Source: Prochlorococcus sp. MIT 0801 (lineage in GTDB: Bacteria; Cyanobacteriota; Cyanobacteriia; PCC-6307; Cyanobiaceae). Taken from it: a stretch of DNA of 32,000 bases. Of the stretch, positions 9,132 to 19,261 are shown piece by piece. The stretch lies in NCBI RefSeq assembly GCF_000757865.1, contig NZ_CP007754.1:1260001-1292000 (forward strand), given 5' to 3'. The stretch's first letter is position 1; the number at the start of each line of letters is the position of its first letter. Both the position numbers and the translations under genes were made by a program. A model generated the notes under the pieces. It was not told the DNA's origin. It made no database searches and was given only the letters and a program-made list of their open reading frames with translations.

Positions 9132-10487
9132 ATGGCATGCGTAATCTCTGCAATATCGAGTAACAGTGGTAAAACTCTTTTAAGTCTTCTTTTAATTTCT
9201 TGGTTAAAAAGTATAAATAAAACAGTTCAAACTTTTAAAGTTGGACCTGATTATTTAGACCCTCAACAACTCACTGCTGTCTCAAAAAAAGCTTGTCGCA
9301 ATCTTGATTTAGTTCTCTCTGGTGAAAGTTGGGTTAAAGAAACTTTTAATCACCACGGAGGCTTAACAGATTATTCGTTTGTTGAAGGAGTAATGGGATT
9401 ATTCGATGGAATTGGCAGTAGTTCAAAAGGGAGCACCGCTGAATTAGCTAAGGTTTTAAGCCTGCCAGTAGTTCTTATTGTTGATGCCAGAGGGAAGGCT
9501 GCATCACTAGCAGCCTTAATAAAAGGATTTAGAGAGCACGATAAGGAATTAACAATTGCAGGCGTTGTTCTCAATAATGTTCAAACTCCTAGACATGAAA
9601 AAATATTATTGGAGGTTCTTGATCAAATCAATATGAAGTTATTGGGTTCTCTTCCTTCATGCAAAGACTTATATCTTCCAGAAAGTTATTTAGGTTTAGC
9701 TCCTGCTCATGAAGTTTTCGACTTAGATATTAAAGTTAAAAAGTGGGCATCAATAGCCAAAGATTATCTAGACATAGAAAGTTTTAGAAAGCTTTTATCA
9801 CCTCCAGAATCTAACAACAAAATAATTAACTTTTTCCCAAGGAAAGAAACAGAATTTATTCATCCAATTGCTATCGCTGAGGATGAGGCCTTCCATTTTA
9901 GGTATCAAGAAACAAAAGAATTATTAGAGAAAAATGGAATGCCAATTATTACTTGGAAACCTCTTGAAAACGAACAGATACCAAAAGAAGCAAAAGGATT
10001 AATTATACCTGGAGGTTTTCCGGAGCGACACGCTAACCAATTGAGTAATTCAAAAATAAGCCTTAACTCAATAAAATTGTTTTCGAAAAAGTTTCCTATA
10101 TATGCTGAATGTGGAGGAATGATGCTATTAGGTAAAAGTATATTTGATCTTGAAGGGAGGGAATATTCAATGGCTGGAATACTACCTTTTAAAGCTAAAA
10201 AGGGTAATCTGAAAATTGGTTATAGAGAAGCTATAAGTAAAAATAAAAGTCCTATTACCACTCCTGGTGATAAACTAATTGGACATGAATTTCATCGCTG
10301 GGAAATAATTTATGAAAGCTATAATTCAAAAATAAATCCTCTATGGGATATTAAAGGATGGAATTTGGAAAGTAAAAATGAGGGTTTTTGTAATCATTTA
10401 ATTCATGCAAGTTGGATACATTTGCATTGGGCAAGTTCGCCTCTTATTGTAGAAAATTGGAAAAGAAGTATTATTAACTATGCCTAA
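9132..10487 (+). CDS. cobB: Cobyrinic acid a,c-diamide synthase (CobB/CbiA family amidotransferase)
   Basis: N-terminal nucleotide-binding loop (SSNSGKT), AIAEDEAFHFRY, and a C-terminal glutamine amidotransferase module with a nucleophile Cys (YAECGGMMLLG) and HEFH. Confidence 0.85.
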   Translation: MACVISAISSNSGKTLLSLLLISWLKSINKTVQTFKVGPDYLDPQQLTAVSKKACRNLDLVLSGESWVKETFNHHGGLTDYSFVEGVMGLFDGIGSSSKGSTAELAKVLSLPVVLIVDARGKAASLAALIKGFREHDKELTIAGVVLNNVQTPRHEKILLEVLDQINMKLLGSLPSCKDLYLPESYLGLAPAHEVFDLDIKVKKWASIAKDYLDIESFRKLLSPPESNNKIINFFPRKETEFIHPIAIAEDEAFHFRYQETKELLEKNGMPIITWKPLENEQIPKEAKGLIIPGGFPERHANQLSNSKISLNSIKLFSKKFPIYAECGGMMLLGKSIFDLEGREYSMAGILPFKAKKGNLKIGYREAISKNKSPITTPGDKLIGHEFHRWEIIYESYNSKINPLWDIKGWNLESKNEGFCNHLIHASWIHLHWASSPLIVENWKRSIINYA

Positions 10488-10520
10488 ATAAATCTGTTTT
10501 TAAAAATAACATTTTCCAAA

Positions 10521-11981
10521 TTACTCTCTTAATAATTTCTCTAAAAGAGCTTGATTCGTTTTGCTTTTATCATCACCAACAATCCATACTCCTTTGCTCG
10601 CTCTGCTTACAGCAACGTATACAAGTCTTCTTCTAAATGCAAGATCTTTAGGCCAAAAGACATCAGAAGTTATGAACACTTCTCCAAACGTACTTCCTTG
10701 ACTCCTATGAATCGTAAGGACTGAAGCAGGACCTAAAGAAGCGAATGAGTCTCTAATGAAAAAGAAAAGTTTCCAAATCGAAGCACTATTTTTTTTTCCT
10801 CTCTCTCTTGCCAGATTGCTCAATACATTCAAAGAAAGGTCTAAGTCAACACGAGATTTAGAACCTATTTGAGGAATTAACCTTAATGAAAATTCTTTTT
10901 CATCACAGCCAACTTTAGCTATCTGAGTTTGAATAACAGGTAAAGGGTTTTCAAAATCTTGGTGAATCCCCAAAGAGGCCAAGTCAAAGCTATTTGGAAT
11001 TACATCTTCTACCACCATCTCTCTATTGGAACTAATTAGAATGTCTGGTTCTTCTCCAAGCTCATCCTCATTTAATGACGCATTTGCCATGACAGCTTTA
11101 CGGCTAATTAAAACCTCTCCTGGTAAAACCTGATATTGATCTGCCATCTCACCATGAATAGCTCTTCTTGCATGAGGAACTAAATTATCAACAATTCGAT
11201 TCGTGTAGCACAAAATTCTTGCTCTATCGTGATCATCCTCTAAGGAAGATAAGCTCAAGGATGATTTAGCTCTTTCAAGCCAGCTATTTCTATCTAATAT
11301 TCCAACATTACCTTTTTTAGATTTAATAACTGGCAATATTGGTGGCTGATTACAAGGGATTTTCCCATCTCTAATTATATTTGCCAATTTGAGAACAGGC
11401 CCATGATGACGAACGACTTCCCTAAGTTCAGTATTCACTGCTCTTTTCATTAAAAAGACTGAGCTAGAACTTTCTCCCACTGGTGGGAGTTGGGCGGGAT
11501 CACCAACAAAAACCAACCGAGTCGAAGTAGATCTTGCGCATTCAAGAGTTATCTCCAATAATTTGGAATCAATCATTGATGCTTCATCAATTAAAACGAG
11601 TCCTAAGTTCTCCAAAGAGTTCTCGGTTTGATCTGTTTTTTCGCATATTTCTACATCCGCCTGTCTTTTCAACTTAAGTCGAAGCAAACGGTGAATGGTC
11701 GATGGAAACCATGTTGGTTGAATAGCTTCCCTTTTCAAACCCTCCCTTAATACACCTACAGCCTTATGAGTTGGTGCAACTACAGTCCAACACAAACCTA
11801 ACTCATCGACCTTTTTTAATAATTTCATAGATAAATATGTTTTTCCGCTACCTGCAAAGCCTTTCATTACAAAGGGTTTAAAGGAATATGGGGTATTAAG
11901 CCATTCACAGAATAATTCAAGAGATTTTTCTTGATCCTTAGTTAAAACAACACAATCTTCTTTTGCTTTTACTTCTTTCAC
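10521..11981 (-). CDS. SF1B DNA helicase (RecD2/Pif1/Dda-like)
   Basis: Walker A GFAGSGKT, motif Ia VVAPTHKAV, Walker B LVLIDEASMI, motif III RLVFVGDPAQLPPV, motif V LTIHRSQGSTF, motif VI YVAVSRASKGVWIV. The GTG start overlaps the upstream stop (GTGA at 11978-11981). Confidence 0.8.
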   Translation of the reverse strand: MKEVKAKEDCVVLTKDQEKSLELFCEWLNTPYSFKPFVMKGFAGSGKTYLSMKLLKKVDELGLCWTVVAPTHKAVGVLREGLKREAIQPTWFPSTIHRLLRLKLKRQADVEICEKTDQTENSLENLGLVLIDEASMIDSKLLEITLECARSTSTRLVFVGDPAQLPPVGESSSSVFLMKRAVNTELREVVRHHGPVLKLANIIRDGKIPCNQPPILPVIKSKKGNVGILDRNSWLERAKSSLSLSSLEDDHDRARILCYTNRIVDNLVPHARRAIHGEMADQYQVLPGEVLISRKAVMANASLNEDELGEEPDILISSNREMVVEDVIPNSFDLASLGIHQDFENPLPVIQTQIAKVGCDEKEFSLRLIPQIGSKSRVDLDLSLNVLSNLARERGKKNSASIWKLFFFIRDSFASLGPASVLTIHRSQGSTFGEVFITSDVFWPKDLAFRRRLVYVAVSRASKGVWIVGDDKSKTNQALLEKLLRE

Positions 11982-12493
11982 AAAGAAACTAATCCAATCA
12001 TTTGCAAAATATGCAAAGGGGAACCAATGAAAAAAATACCTGGTAAAGCCACAATTGGGCCAAGAAGACTTCCTACCAATACCTCGATTTTTGTGTGCCC
12101 CAAAGATTCTTTTAAAGTAGTGTCTGAAGACAATTCATTAGAATTATTTTTTGAAATTTGATTGACTTTTGCTGCTGTTAAGCCTGCCGACCTTCTTATT
12201 CCAGAAGCGTCGTACATCACAACAAAAGCAATTGTTGAAGCCAAAGCGAATACTGGATCATTAAAGCCAAGCTGAAGTCCAACTCCTGCCGCGGTTCCTG
12301 TTACTAAAGCCGAGTGACTGGAGGGCATGCCTCCTGTTTCAATAAGTACTGACGGTCTCCACCGTTGCTTAAAAATTAATTCGAATAATAATTTAGAAAA
12401 CTGAGCAAGTCCACATGCTGCTAGCCCCCAGGCCAATACAGCATTATCAAGAATATAAATGAATTGAAATTCTAAACTTGGATTAGGATTCAT
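11978..12493 (-). CDS. DUF212 membrane protein (acid phosphatase / vanadium-dependent haloperoxidase-related family)
   Basis: Multi-pass hydrophobic protein carrying the family hallmark [11 protein letters not shown]. Its ATG overlaps the crtE stop (ATGA at 12490-12493). Confidence 0.75.
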   Translation of the reverse strand: MNPNPSLEFQFIYILDNAVLAWGLAACGLAQFSKLLFELIFKQRWRPSVLIETGGMPSSHSALVTGTAAGVGLQLGFNDPVFALASTIAFVVMYDASGIRRSAGLTAAKVNQISKNNSNELSSDTTLKESLGHTKIEVLVGSLLGPIVALPGIFFIGSPLHILQMIGLVSL

Positions 12494-13389
12494 CTATCTC
12501 TACTTGTAATGTAATCAGCCAATGCAAGAAGAGGTTTTGATTTTCCTGGCCAAGGATCAAGAGCATTTTTTGCTTTAGCGACTAACAGATCTGCTCTCCT
12601 TCTTGATTCATCAAGACCAAGTAATTTGGGATAAGTAGTCTTATCTGCAATTAAATCCTTTCCTGCTGTTTTGCCCAATACTTCACTACTTGCTGTTACA
12701 TCAAGAATGTCATCAATTATTTGGAATGCTAAGCCAATCCCTCTCGCATAAACACTTAGTGCTTCAAGGAGATTCTCATCAGCTCCTCCAATCAAAGCCC
12801 CGCAAGTGACACATGCCTTAAGCAAAGCTCCTGTTTTATGAAGGTGAATGTACTCCAAGGTTTCTAAATCAACCTCTTTCCCTTCACAATCAAGATCAAC
12901 TACTTGTCCTCCGACTAGTCCAGGAGCCCCTGCCACTAAAGAAAGCTCGCCGATTATTTTCAATAATCTCTCTGACGGTATTCCCTCTGTTCGAATTGAG
13001 ACCATCTCAAAAGCTCTTGTCAAAAGAGCATCTCCAGCGAGTATGGCCACAGCATCTCCATAAACCTTGTGATTAGTTGGACGCCCTCGACGAAGATCAT
13101 CATTATCCATTGAAGGTAGATCGTCATGGATAAGAGACATTGTATGAATCATTTCCAGAGCAACTGCTGTTGGCAATGCTTTTTCAACTTCGCCCCCAGC
13201 AAGTTCACAGGCTGCAAGACAAAGTATTGGTCTCAATCTCTTCCCTCCCGCCAAAAGGGAATAGCGCATAGACTCTCTTAATTTTTCTGGCTTTTCAGGG
13301 CCCAGAGACGCATCCAGCGCATCTTCAACCCGAGTTCTAGCTTTCTCTAGATACTCAGCGAAGTCAAAAGAAGCGATTGCTTCCTGCAT
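12490..13389 (-). CDS. crtE: Geranylgeranyl diphosphate synthase (trans-prenyltransferase)
   Basis: First Asp-rich motif [17 protein letters not shown] and second Asp-rich motif FQIIDDILD. Size 299 aa. Confidence 0.9.
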   Translation of the reverse strand: MQEAIASFDFAEYLEKARTRVEDALDASLGPEKPEKLRESMRYSLLAGGKRLRPILCLAACELAGGEVEKALPTAVALEMIHTMSLIHDDLPSMDNDDLRRGRPTNHKVYGDAVAILAGDALLTRAFEMVSIRTEGIPSERLLKIIGELSLVAGAPGLVGGQVVDLDCEGKEVDLETLEYIHLHKTGALLKACVTCGALIGGADENLLEALSVYARGIGLAFQIIDDILDVTASSEVLGKTAGKDLIADKTTYPKLLGLDESRRRADLLVAKAKNALDPWPGKSKPLLALADYITSRDR

Positions 13390-13431
13390 GCAAAAAATCG
13401 ATTCTTACCAATTCTCTCAGGACATTGTGAT

Positions 13432-14343
13432 TCATGGAAGTAAATGACTAATAGTTAAAGGTAATCCACAATGTTTCTGCCACCTATCGACGGTATTTGC
13501 TAGAAGCATTGTTACTGTCATAGGCCCTACACCGCCAGGTACAGGAGAATAAGCATCTACTTTATCTTCAATTTCAAATATCTTTACATCTCCACAAAGT
13601 TTAGTCTTTTTGAGTCCTTTCATATTTTCTTGATCATTCGGAAGTCTATGAATTCCTACATCAATAACCACACAATTCTCACTTACATGATTTTCCCCAA
13701 TCAAATATGGCTTGCCAGCTGCTACTACCAGTAAATCTGCCTCCCTGGTCAAAGAAGGTAAATCTTTAGTTCTTGAATGAGCAACTGTGACGGTGGCATT
13801 TGCAGCTTCAAGCATTAAAGCCATTGGCTTCCCAACAAGAATACTGCGTCCAACAACTACTGCTCTTTTCCCTTCGATTTTGATTTGGTTTCGTTCAAGC
13901 AGAGACATAACACCAGCAGGTGTACATGATCTTGGGCCTTTCTCTCCCTTTATTAATCTTCCTAGGTTCAAAGGATGTAGACCATCGGCATCCTTATCAG
14001 GATCAATACTCCTCAGCAAGACAGCCTCATCAAGGTGAGCAGGTAATGGTAATTGCAATAAAATTCCATCAACATTCTTTTCTTCATTCAAACTTTTAAT
14101 GATTTCTGTAAGTTCCTCCAATGAAATATCTTCTTTTAAATGCTTTGCAAAACTTCTAACACCTATTCGATCGCATGCTTTTTCCTTGTAATTGACATAA
14201 ACTTCACTGGCAGGATCATTCCCAACTCTAAGGACAGCCAGACCAGGAGGACGTTTCGCAACTTTCATGTCAGATTCGATAGCCTGTTGGAGTGTGAGTT
14301 CAATCTCCTTAGCTAGTTTTTTTCCATCTAAAATTTTTGGCAT
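13432..14343 (-). CDS. folD: Bifunctional methylenetetrahydrofolate dehydrogenase / methenyl-THF cyclohydrolase
   Basis: ILDGKKLA N-terminus, [41 protein letters not shown]. Confidence 0.93.
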   Translation of the reverse strand: MPKILDGKKLAKEIELTLQQAIESDMKVAKRPPGLAVLRVGNDPASEVYVNYKEKACDRIGVRSFAKHLKEDISLEELTEIIKSLNEEKNVDGILLQLPLPAHLDEAVLLRSIDPDKDADGLHPLNLGRLIKGEKGPRSCTPAGVMSLLERNQIKIEGKRAVVVGRSILVGKPMALMLEAANATVTVAHSRTKDLPSLTREADLLVVAAGKPYLIGENHVSENCVVIDVGIHRLPNDQENMKGLKKTKLCGDVKIFEIEDKVDAYSPVPGGVGPMTVTMLLANTVDRWQKHCGLPLTISHLLP

Positions 14344-14399
14344 AAATAAAATGAATACAATTTCAATTAATCAACCCATTAAACCTAGCGTCAGGTTAG

Positions 14400-16499
14400 G
14401 TGAGGAACTCTTTGGCTAAATTACCCAGTCCACAAAAAATTTGGAGGATATGGTTAGGGAGTCAATCTCCCAGACGTCCAATACTTCGATGGTCAGCCAC
14501 TGACAAGTTAGGTCTACTAATGGTCTGTCTATTAGTAGCAATATTTTCAAGTTATAAGTTACTTGCTGTTCCCGATCTCAAACCAGGAGATATTGCCCAA
14601 GTCAATGTAATAGCCCCTAGAGATGCAAAGGTAATAGATAAAATTGATTTAAAAGAGAAGAAAAAAGGCTTAAAAGAAAGTTTTGTTCAATCAGTGGACA
14701 AGAAAAAATCAAATAATTTAGAAAAGACTGTTTTTAAGAAAATCAATACACTTGGCACCCTAAAAAATAAAAATTTTCAAATAGATTTAAACGAATTTAA
14801 TTTAACAAATTCAGAGAAAGTTTGGCTAATCAATGTTAAAGATAATGAATGGCAAGAATGGAAAGAAGAGATAAAAAATGTTTCAAAAAAAATGCTTTCT
14901 CAGGGAATTATTAATACACTTGCACTTGATCAACTTAACGAAGCTTCTTCACTTCAATTAATAAATTTAGGTGAAAAAGATTCACCAAACAGATCATTAG
15001 GTGCAAAAATATTATCGAGTAGTTTTCATCAAAAAAGTAATTTAAAAGTTGATAAACTAAAAACCAATATATTACTCGAAAATCTAATAAACCAAAATGG
15101 CATAAATACAATTAATGTTAGAGAAGGCAGCATAATATCAAAAAAAGGGACGATAATAACATCACAAGAGTTTACTATATTAGAACATTTTAATAAAGTA
15201 AGTCGCAGTCCAAAGCCCTTAAAATGGTTAATTACTTTCTCAGAAGCTATGGGAAGTTGTGGATTACTTCTTATGATTATGAGAAGAGAAAGGCCTAGGC
15301 TTCAGGCTAGGCATGGACTACTGTCTTTAACCTTATTATTCGTAGTTCAATTAACAAAAGATTGGCTTGGACCGTTAGCAAGTCCTATGCAGTTAATATT
15401 ACCTCCTACATTGCTTCTTTCACAAGGAATAGGGACTGTAACATCATTAGCTTGGATGGCTGCTGCTAGCCTGATTTGGCCATCATCTCTTACTGGATTA
15501 AGTGAAGTTAGGCTATTAATCGCATGTATCGCTGGTTCATTTATTGCATTTTTAGGCAGAAGGATGAGAAGCAGGGCACAGGTTCTTCAAATAGCTCTAC
15601 TTATACCTTTTGGTGCATTATTAGGGCAATGGTTTATTCTCAATCAAGTAATCAAAGAACAGAATATAGAATTTAATAATCTTTCTATTGATCCTAACTC
15701 TCTTTTTAACGAGACACTTATTATTAGTTCAATATTAATGGTGACAATATTAATTATTCCAATCTTAGAAAATACATTTGGATTACTTACCAGAGCAAGA
15801 TTAATGGAACTTGCTGATCAAGAGCGTCCTTTACTTCGCAGATTATCTAGAGAAGCACCAGGAACATTTGAACATACTTTAACAATTTTGAGCCTCGCCG
15901 AGGAAGGAGCAAGAGTCATTGGTGCTGATGTTGACTTAATAAGAACTGGAGCTCTTTACCATGATGTAGGCAAATTGCATGCTCCTAATTGGTTTATTGA
16001 AAATCAGAAAGATGGATTAAACCCACACGATGAAATAAAAAACCCATACAAAAGTGCCGATATTCTTCAAGCCCATGTAGATGAAGGATTGAAGCTTGCT
16101 AGGAAATATCGACTTCCATCACCTATTGCTGATTTCATTCCAGAACATCAAGGTACTTTAAAGATGGGATATTTTCTTCACAAAGCTAGAGAAAGTGATC
16201 CTTCAGCCTCTGAAAAACGTTTTAGATACAAAGGACCTATTCCTCATTCAAAAGAAACTGGAATACTCATGCTTGCAGATGGTTGCGAAGCAGCATTAAG
16301 AGCTCTTGACTCTTCCTCTTCAGACAAAGATGCTTGCAAAACAGTTAGAAAAATAATTCAATCTCGTCAGATTGACGGCCAATTAAAAGAGAGTAGTTTA
16401 ACGAGAGCAGAAATAGAAATAATACTTAGAGCTTTTGTTTCTGTATGGAGGAGAATGCGTCACAGAAGATTAAAATATCCCAGCTTCAACGCAAGATAA
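14400..16499 (+). CDS. 7TM receptor with extracytoplasmic domain and cytoplasmic HD phosphohydrolase (PgpH-like)
   Basis: N-terminal TM segment, a Lys/Asn-rich outside domain of roughly 230 aa, a block of TM helices, then an HD domain (HTLTILSLAEE...GALYHDVGK...EHQG...LADGCEAALR). GTG start as given in the track. Confidence 0.8.
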   Translation: MRNSLAKLPSPQKIWRIWLGSQSPRRPILRWSATDKLGLLMVCLLVAIFSSYKLLAVPDLKPGDIAQVNVIAPRDAKVIDKIDLKEKKKGLKESFVQSVDKKKSNNLEKTVFKKINTLGTLKNKNFQIDLNEFNLTNSEKVWLINVKDNEWQEWKEEIKNVSKKMLSQGIINTLALDQLNEASSLQLINLGEKDSPNRSLGAKILSSSFHQKSNLKVDKLKTNILLENLINQNGINTINVREGSIISKKGTIITSQEFTILEHFNKVSRSPKPLKWLITFSEAMGSCGLLLMIMRRERPRLQARHGLLSLTLLFVVQLTKDWLGPLASPMQLILPPTLLLSQGIGTVTSLAWMAAASLIWPSSLTGLSEVRLLIACIAGSFIAFLGRRMRSRAQVLQIALLIPFGALLGQWFILNQVIKEQNIEFNNLSIDPNSLFNETLIISSILMVTILIIPILENTFGLLTRARLMELADQERPLLRRLSREAPGTFEHTLTILSLAEEGARVIGADVDLIRTGALYHDVGKLHAPNWFIENQKDGLNPHDEIKNPYKSADILQAHVDEGLKLARKYRLPSPIADFIPEHQGTLKMGYFLHKARESDPSASEKRFRYKGPIPHSKETGILMLADGCEAALRALDSSSSDKDACKTVRKIIQSRQIDGQLKESSLTRAEIEIILRAFVSVWRRMRHRRLKYPSFNAR

Positions 16500-16533
16500 A
16501 AATCAAACGACTTATTGGAATCTTCAATATTAG

Positions 16534-16911
16534 CTAGAGCCTTATTCTTCTATGACCTCTTCTACACCAGTAGATTAAGGCTAATAAATTAAGCAACGCG
16601 ATTAGCAATGTCAAACCACTTATCCCAAAAATATCATTCACTTTAATTAGCCTGATTATCCCATAGGGCAAAGTTCCTGCAAGAGTCATTGATAAAGCAA
16701 CTATTGATAAAATCACACCCCATCCTCTTTGAACAAATAGACCTGCTGAAGCAACAATTCCAGTCACTGCAGATGGCCAAGCTAGACTAATAGCAAGAGT
16801 GATATTGGCTGTTTGAAGTGGAGGGCCTGATCCAACAACATATGCAATAAAAGGAATCGCAAGTGTATTTGAGATCAAACCAAACCAAGCAAGCGTCCAG
16901 TAACCGCGCAT
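16534..16911 (-). CDS. Small integral membrane protein (about 4 TM), unknown function
   Basis: 125-aa ORF with an ATG start, four hydrophobic stretches and a basic C-terminal tail (RRGHRRIRL). Lies tandem downstream of the 79-aa gene and leuA. Confidence 0.55.
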   Translation of the reverse strand: MRGYWTLAWFGLISNTLAIPFIAYVVGSGPPLQTANITLAISLAWPSAVTGIVASAGLFVQRGWGVILSIVALSMTLAGTLPYGIIRLIKVNDIFGISGLTLLIALLNLLALIYWCRRGHRRIRL

Positions 16912-16976
16912 TCCTGAATCTCCTTAAAAAATTATTCTCTCAAAAAAAATCATAAAATCTATATTAATATTTTATT

Positions 16977-17216
16977 TTAAGCGAGAGAATGTTGTAAACA
17001 ATTAGGTGGATAACAAACGGTTCTCCAAGTTCCATTTCCTGCAAGAACTTGTACACCAATGCCTCTTTCTTTAATTGTGCAACTCAACCCTTGACCAGTG
17101 CACCACAATTTCGCCGCTTTAAGTGCTGCATCAATACTTTCATATGGTGCATCTAGGACATGATGGGGGAATCCATCAAGTCCTGTAAGTCGATAAAGAT
17201 TTTTTTTTAAAGCCAT
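16977..17216 (-). CDS. Small soluble conserved-hypothetical-type protein with four Cys
   Basis: 79-aa ORF with an ATG start and non-low-complexity composition. Cys at positions 39, 46, 68 and 73. No family recognised. Confidence 0.5.
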   Translation of the reverse strand: MALKKNLYRLTGLDGFPHHVLDAPYESIDAALKAAKLWCTGQGLSCTIKERGIGVQVLAGNGTWRTVCYPPNCLQHSLA

Positions 17217-17333
17217 TTATGTGCACATATCTAATTGTCACACAACATATTAAGCATTGATTTATAGATTAAAGCGATTTAACTAAAAAAAATTTACGGA
17301 AACCTTTAAAAAGATTTTTTATGAAAGCTAAGT

Positions 17334-18956
17334 TTATTGAACCAATTTTTTATCTACATTAGCCAAATCAAATTGAGAATGAATGGATTTCCTTCCCTGA
17401 GCAGCTACTAATCTATTAAGCGCATTTATATATGCTTGAGCCGCTGCAACAACAACATCAGTATCTGCAGAATGTCCAGAGAAGAGGTTTCCATCTCTTC
17501 TTATTCTAATAGTAACTTCACCCAAAGCATCTATCCCCTCAGTAACTGACTTTACTGAGAACTCAATTAATTCATTAGGTTCTTCTGTTAGGGAATCCAA
17601 AGCCCGTACTACTGCATCAACAGGACCTGTACCAAGGGAGACGGCGGTCTTCTCCTCTCCATCTTCTCCAACAACAGTTACTGTTGCAGTTGGCACTAAA
17701 GAAGTTCCACAGCTTACTTGGACCAATTTCAATTGGAACAATGCTTCTGGCAGTTGAACTTGTTCGCTAACAATGGCCTCTAGATCACGATCTGTTATCT
17801 CCCTTTTTCTATCGGCTAAATCTTTAAATCTAGCGAAAGCGTCATTAAGATCTTCTCTATTTAAATCATATCCAAGGTCTTCTAATCTTGATCGAACAGC
17901 ACTCCTACCACTTAATTTTCCTAAAGAAATCTTATTGTCGGTCAACCCTACTGTTTGTGCATCGATAATTTCATACGTAAGCCTATTTTTCAATACCCCA
18001 TCTTGGTGTATTCCAGATTCATGAGCAAAAGCGTTTGCTCCAACAATTGCTTTGTTCGGTTGTACGGCCATCCCAGTCAAATTGGAAACCAAGCGAGACG
18101 ACTTGGTTATCTCCTCAGTTCTAACTGCTGTTAAAGGAGTAGGGGATTCAGGAGGCCTGCCAAAAAACGGATTAAAATATGATCTTCTTACATGAAGAGC
18201 CATAATTAATTCTTCTAAAGCAGCATTTCCTGCTCTCTCTCCTATTCCGTTAATGGTACATTCAAGTTGTCTTGCTCCATTCTTGACAGCCTCAAGGAAG
18301 TTTGCGACAGCGAGTCCTAAGTCGTTGTGACCATGGACGGAGAGAACTGCCTCATTGATATTTGGAACATTTTTGTTGATATTTAATATCAAATCTCCAA
18401 ATTCAGAAGGGGTTGTATAACCAACTGTATCTGGAATATTTATTGTGTTAGCCCCTGAGGATATGGCTAATTCGATTACTTCGTACAGAAAATCTAAATC
18501 ACTTCTTGCAGCATCTTCACAGGAGAATTCAACATCATCAACAAAACTTTTAGCATAGCCAACCATCTCTGGAACAATATCAAGCACCTCTTTTCTGGAT
18601 TTCCTTAATTTATATTCAAGATGTATATCGCTAGTTGCAATAAAGGTATGAATCCTTTTTTTTGGTGCTGGAGCAATCGCATCGGCACAAGCTTTGATAT
18701 CCGGTTTAGAGGCTCTTGATAGTCCGCAAATAATCGGTCCTTCTTCTCCTCCTACGTTCTCAGCTATTTTCTGAACTGCAGCGAAATCGCCAGGGCTAGC
18801 GAAAGGGAATCCTGCCTCAATAACATCAACTCCTAATCTTGCTAATTGTTGAGCAATTGCTAACTTTTCTTCTAAATTAAGACTCGCGCCAGGAGATTGC
18901 TCACCATCTCTTAACGTGGTGTCAAAAATTAAAACTCGGCCCGGATCTTTGGCCAT
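17334..18956 (-). CDS. leuA: 2-isopropylmalate synthase
   Basis: [38 protein letters not shown], and a C-terminal LeuA regulatory domain. 540 aa. Confidence 0.93.
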   Translation of the reverse strand: MAKDPGRVLIFDTTLRDGEQSPGASLNLEEKLAIAQQLARLGVDVIEAGFPFASPGDFAAVQKIAENVGGEEGPIICGLSRASKPDIKACADAIAPAPKKRIHTFIATSDIHLEYKLRKSRKEVLDIVPEMVGYAKSFVDDVEFSCEDAARSDLDFLYEVIELAISSGANTINIPDTVGYTTPSEFGDLILNINKNVPNINEAVLSVHGHNDLGLAVANFLEAVKNGARQLECTINGIGERAGNAALEELIMALHVRRSYFNPFFGRPPESPTPLTAVRTEEITKSSRLVSNLTGMAVQPNKAIVGANAFAHESGIHQDGVLKNRLTYEIIDAQTVGLTDNKISLGKLSGRSAVRSRLEDLGYDLNREDLNDAFARFKDLADRKREITDRDLEAIVSEQVQLPEALFQLKLVQVSCGTSLVPTATVTVVGEDGEEKTAVSLGTGPVDAVVRALDSLTEEPNELIEFSVKSVTEGIDALGEVTIRIRRDGNLFSGHSADTDVVVAAAQAYINALNRLVAAQGRKSIHSQFDLANVDKKLVQ

Positions 18957-19261
18957 AGCATGAAATATATAAAGATAACTAGACCTGATTAGGATCTATA
19001 TGAATTGAATTAATTGTAGTATATTTCTCTTAATTTTATACAAAAACTATTAGATTTTTAACTATTTAGTTCATCTTATTATAGTTAGATAATTACAGAA
19101 ACTGTTTATTAAATTTAAAATTCAAATAAAAATTACAAATAATACAATATTTAAAGTATAAAATTCTACTAGTTTTAAATTATAACTTAAAGTTTTTCTT
19201 TACTTGTGCTTTTGAAGAGTATAAGTATCCAAGGATCAAATCCAACAATCTGGGAGTTTTA

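Noticed and set aside
16513-16529. Hairpin TATTGGA-ATC-TTCAATA between the convergent 7TM-HD and 125-aa genes, considered as a bidirectional terminator.
   Set aside because: Only 7 bp, AU-rich with a G-U pair and a 3-nt loop, and no flanking U/A tracts. Too weak to call.
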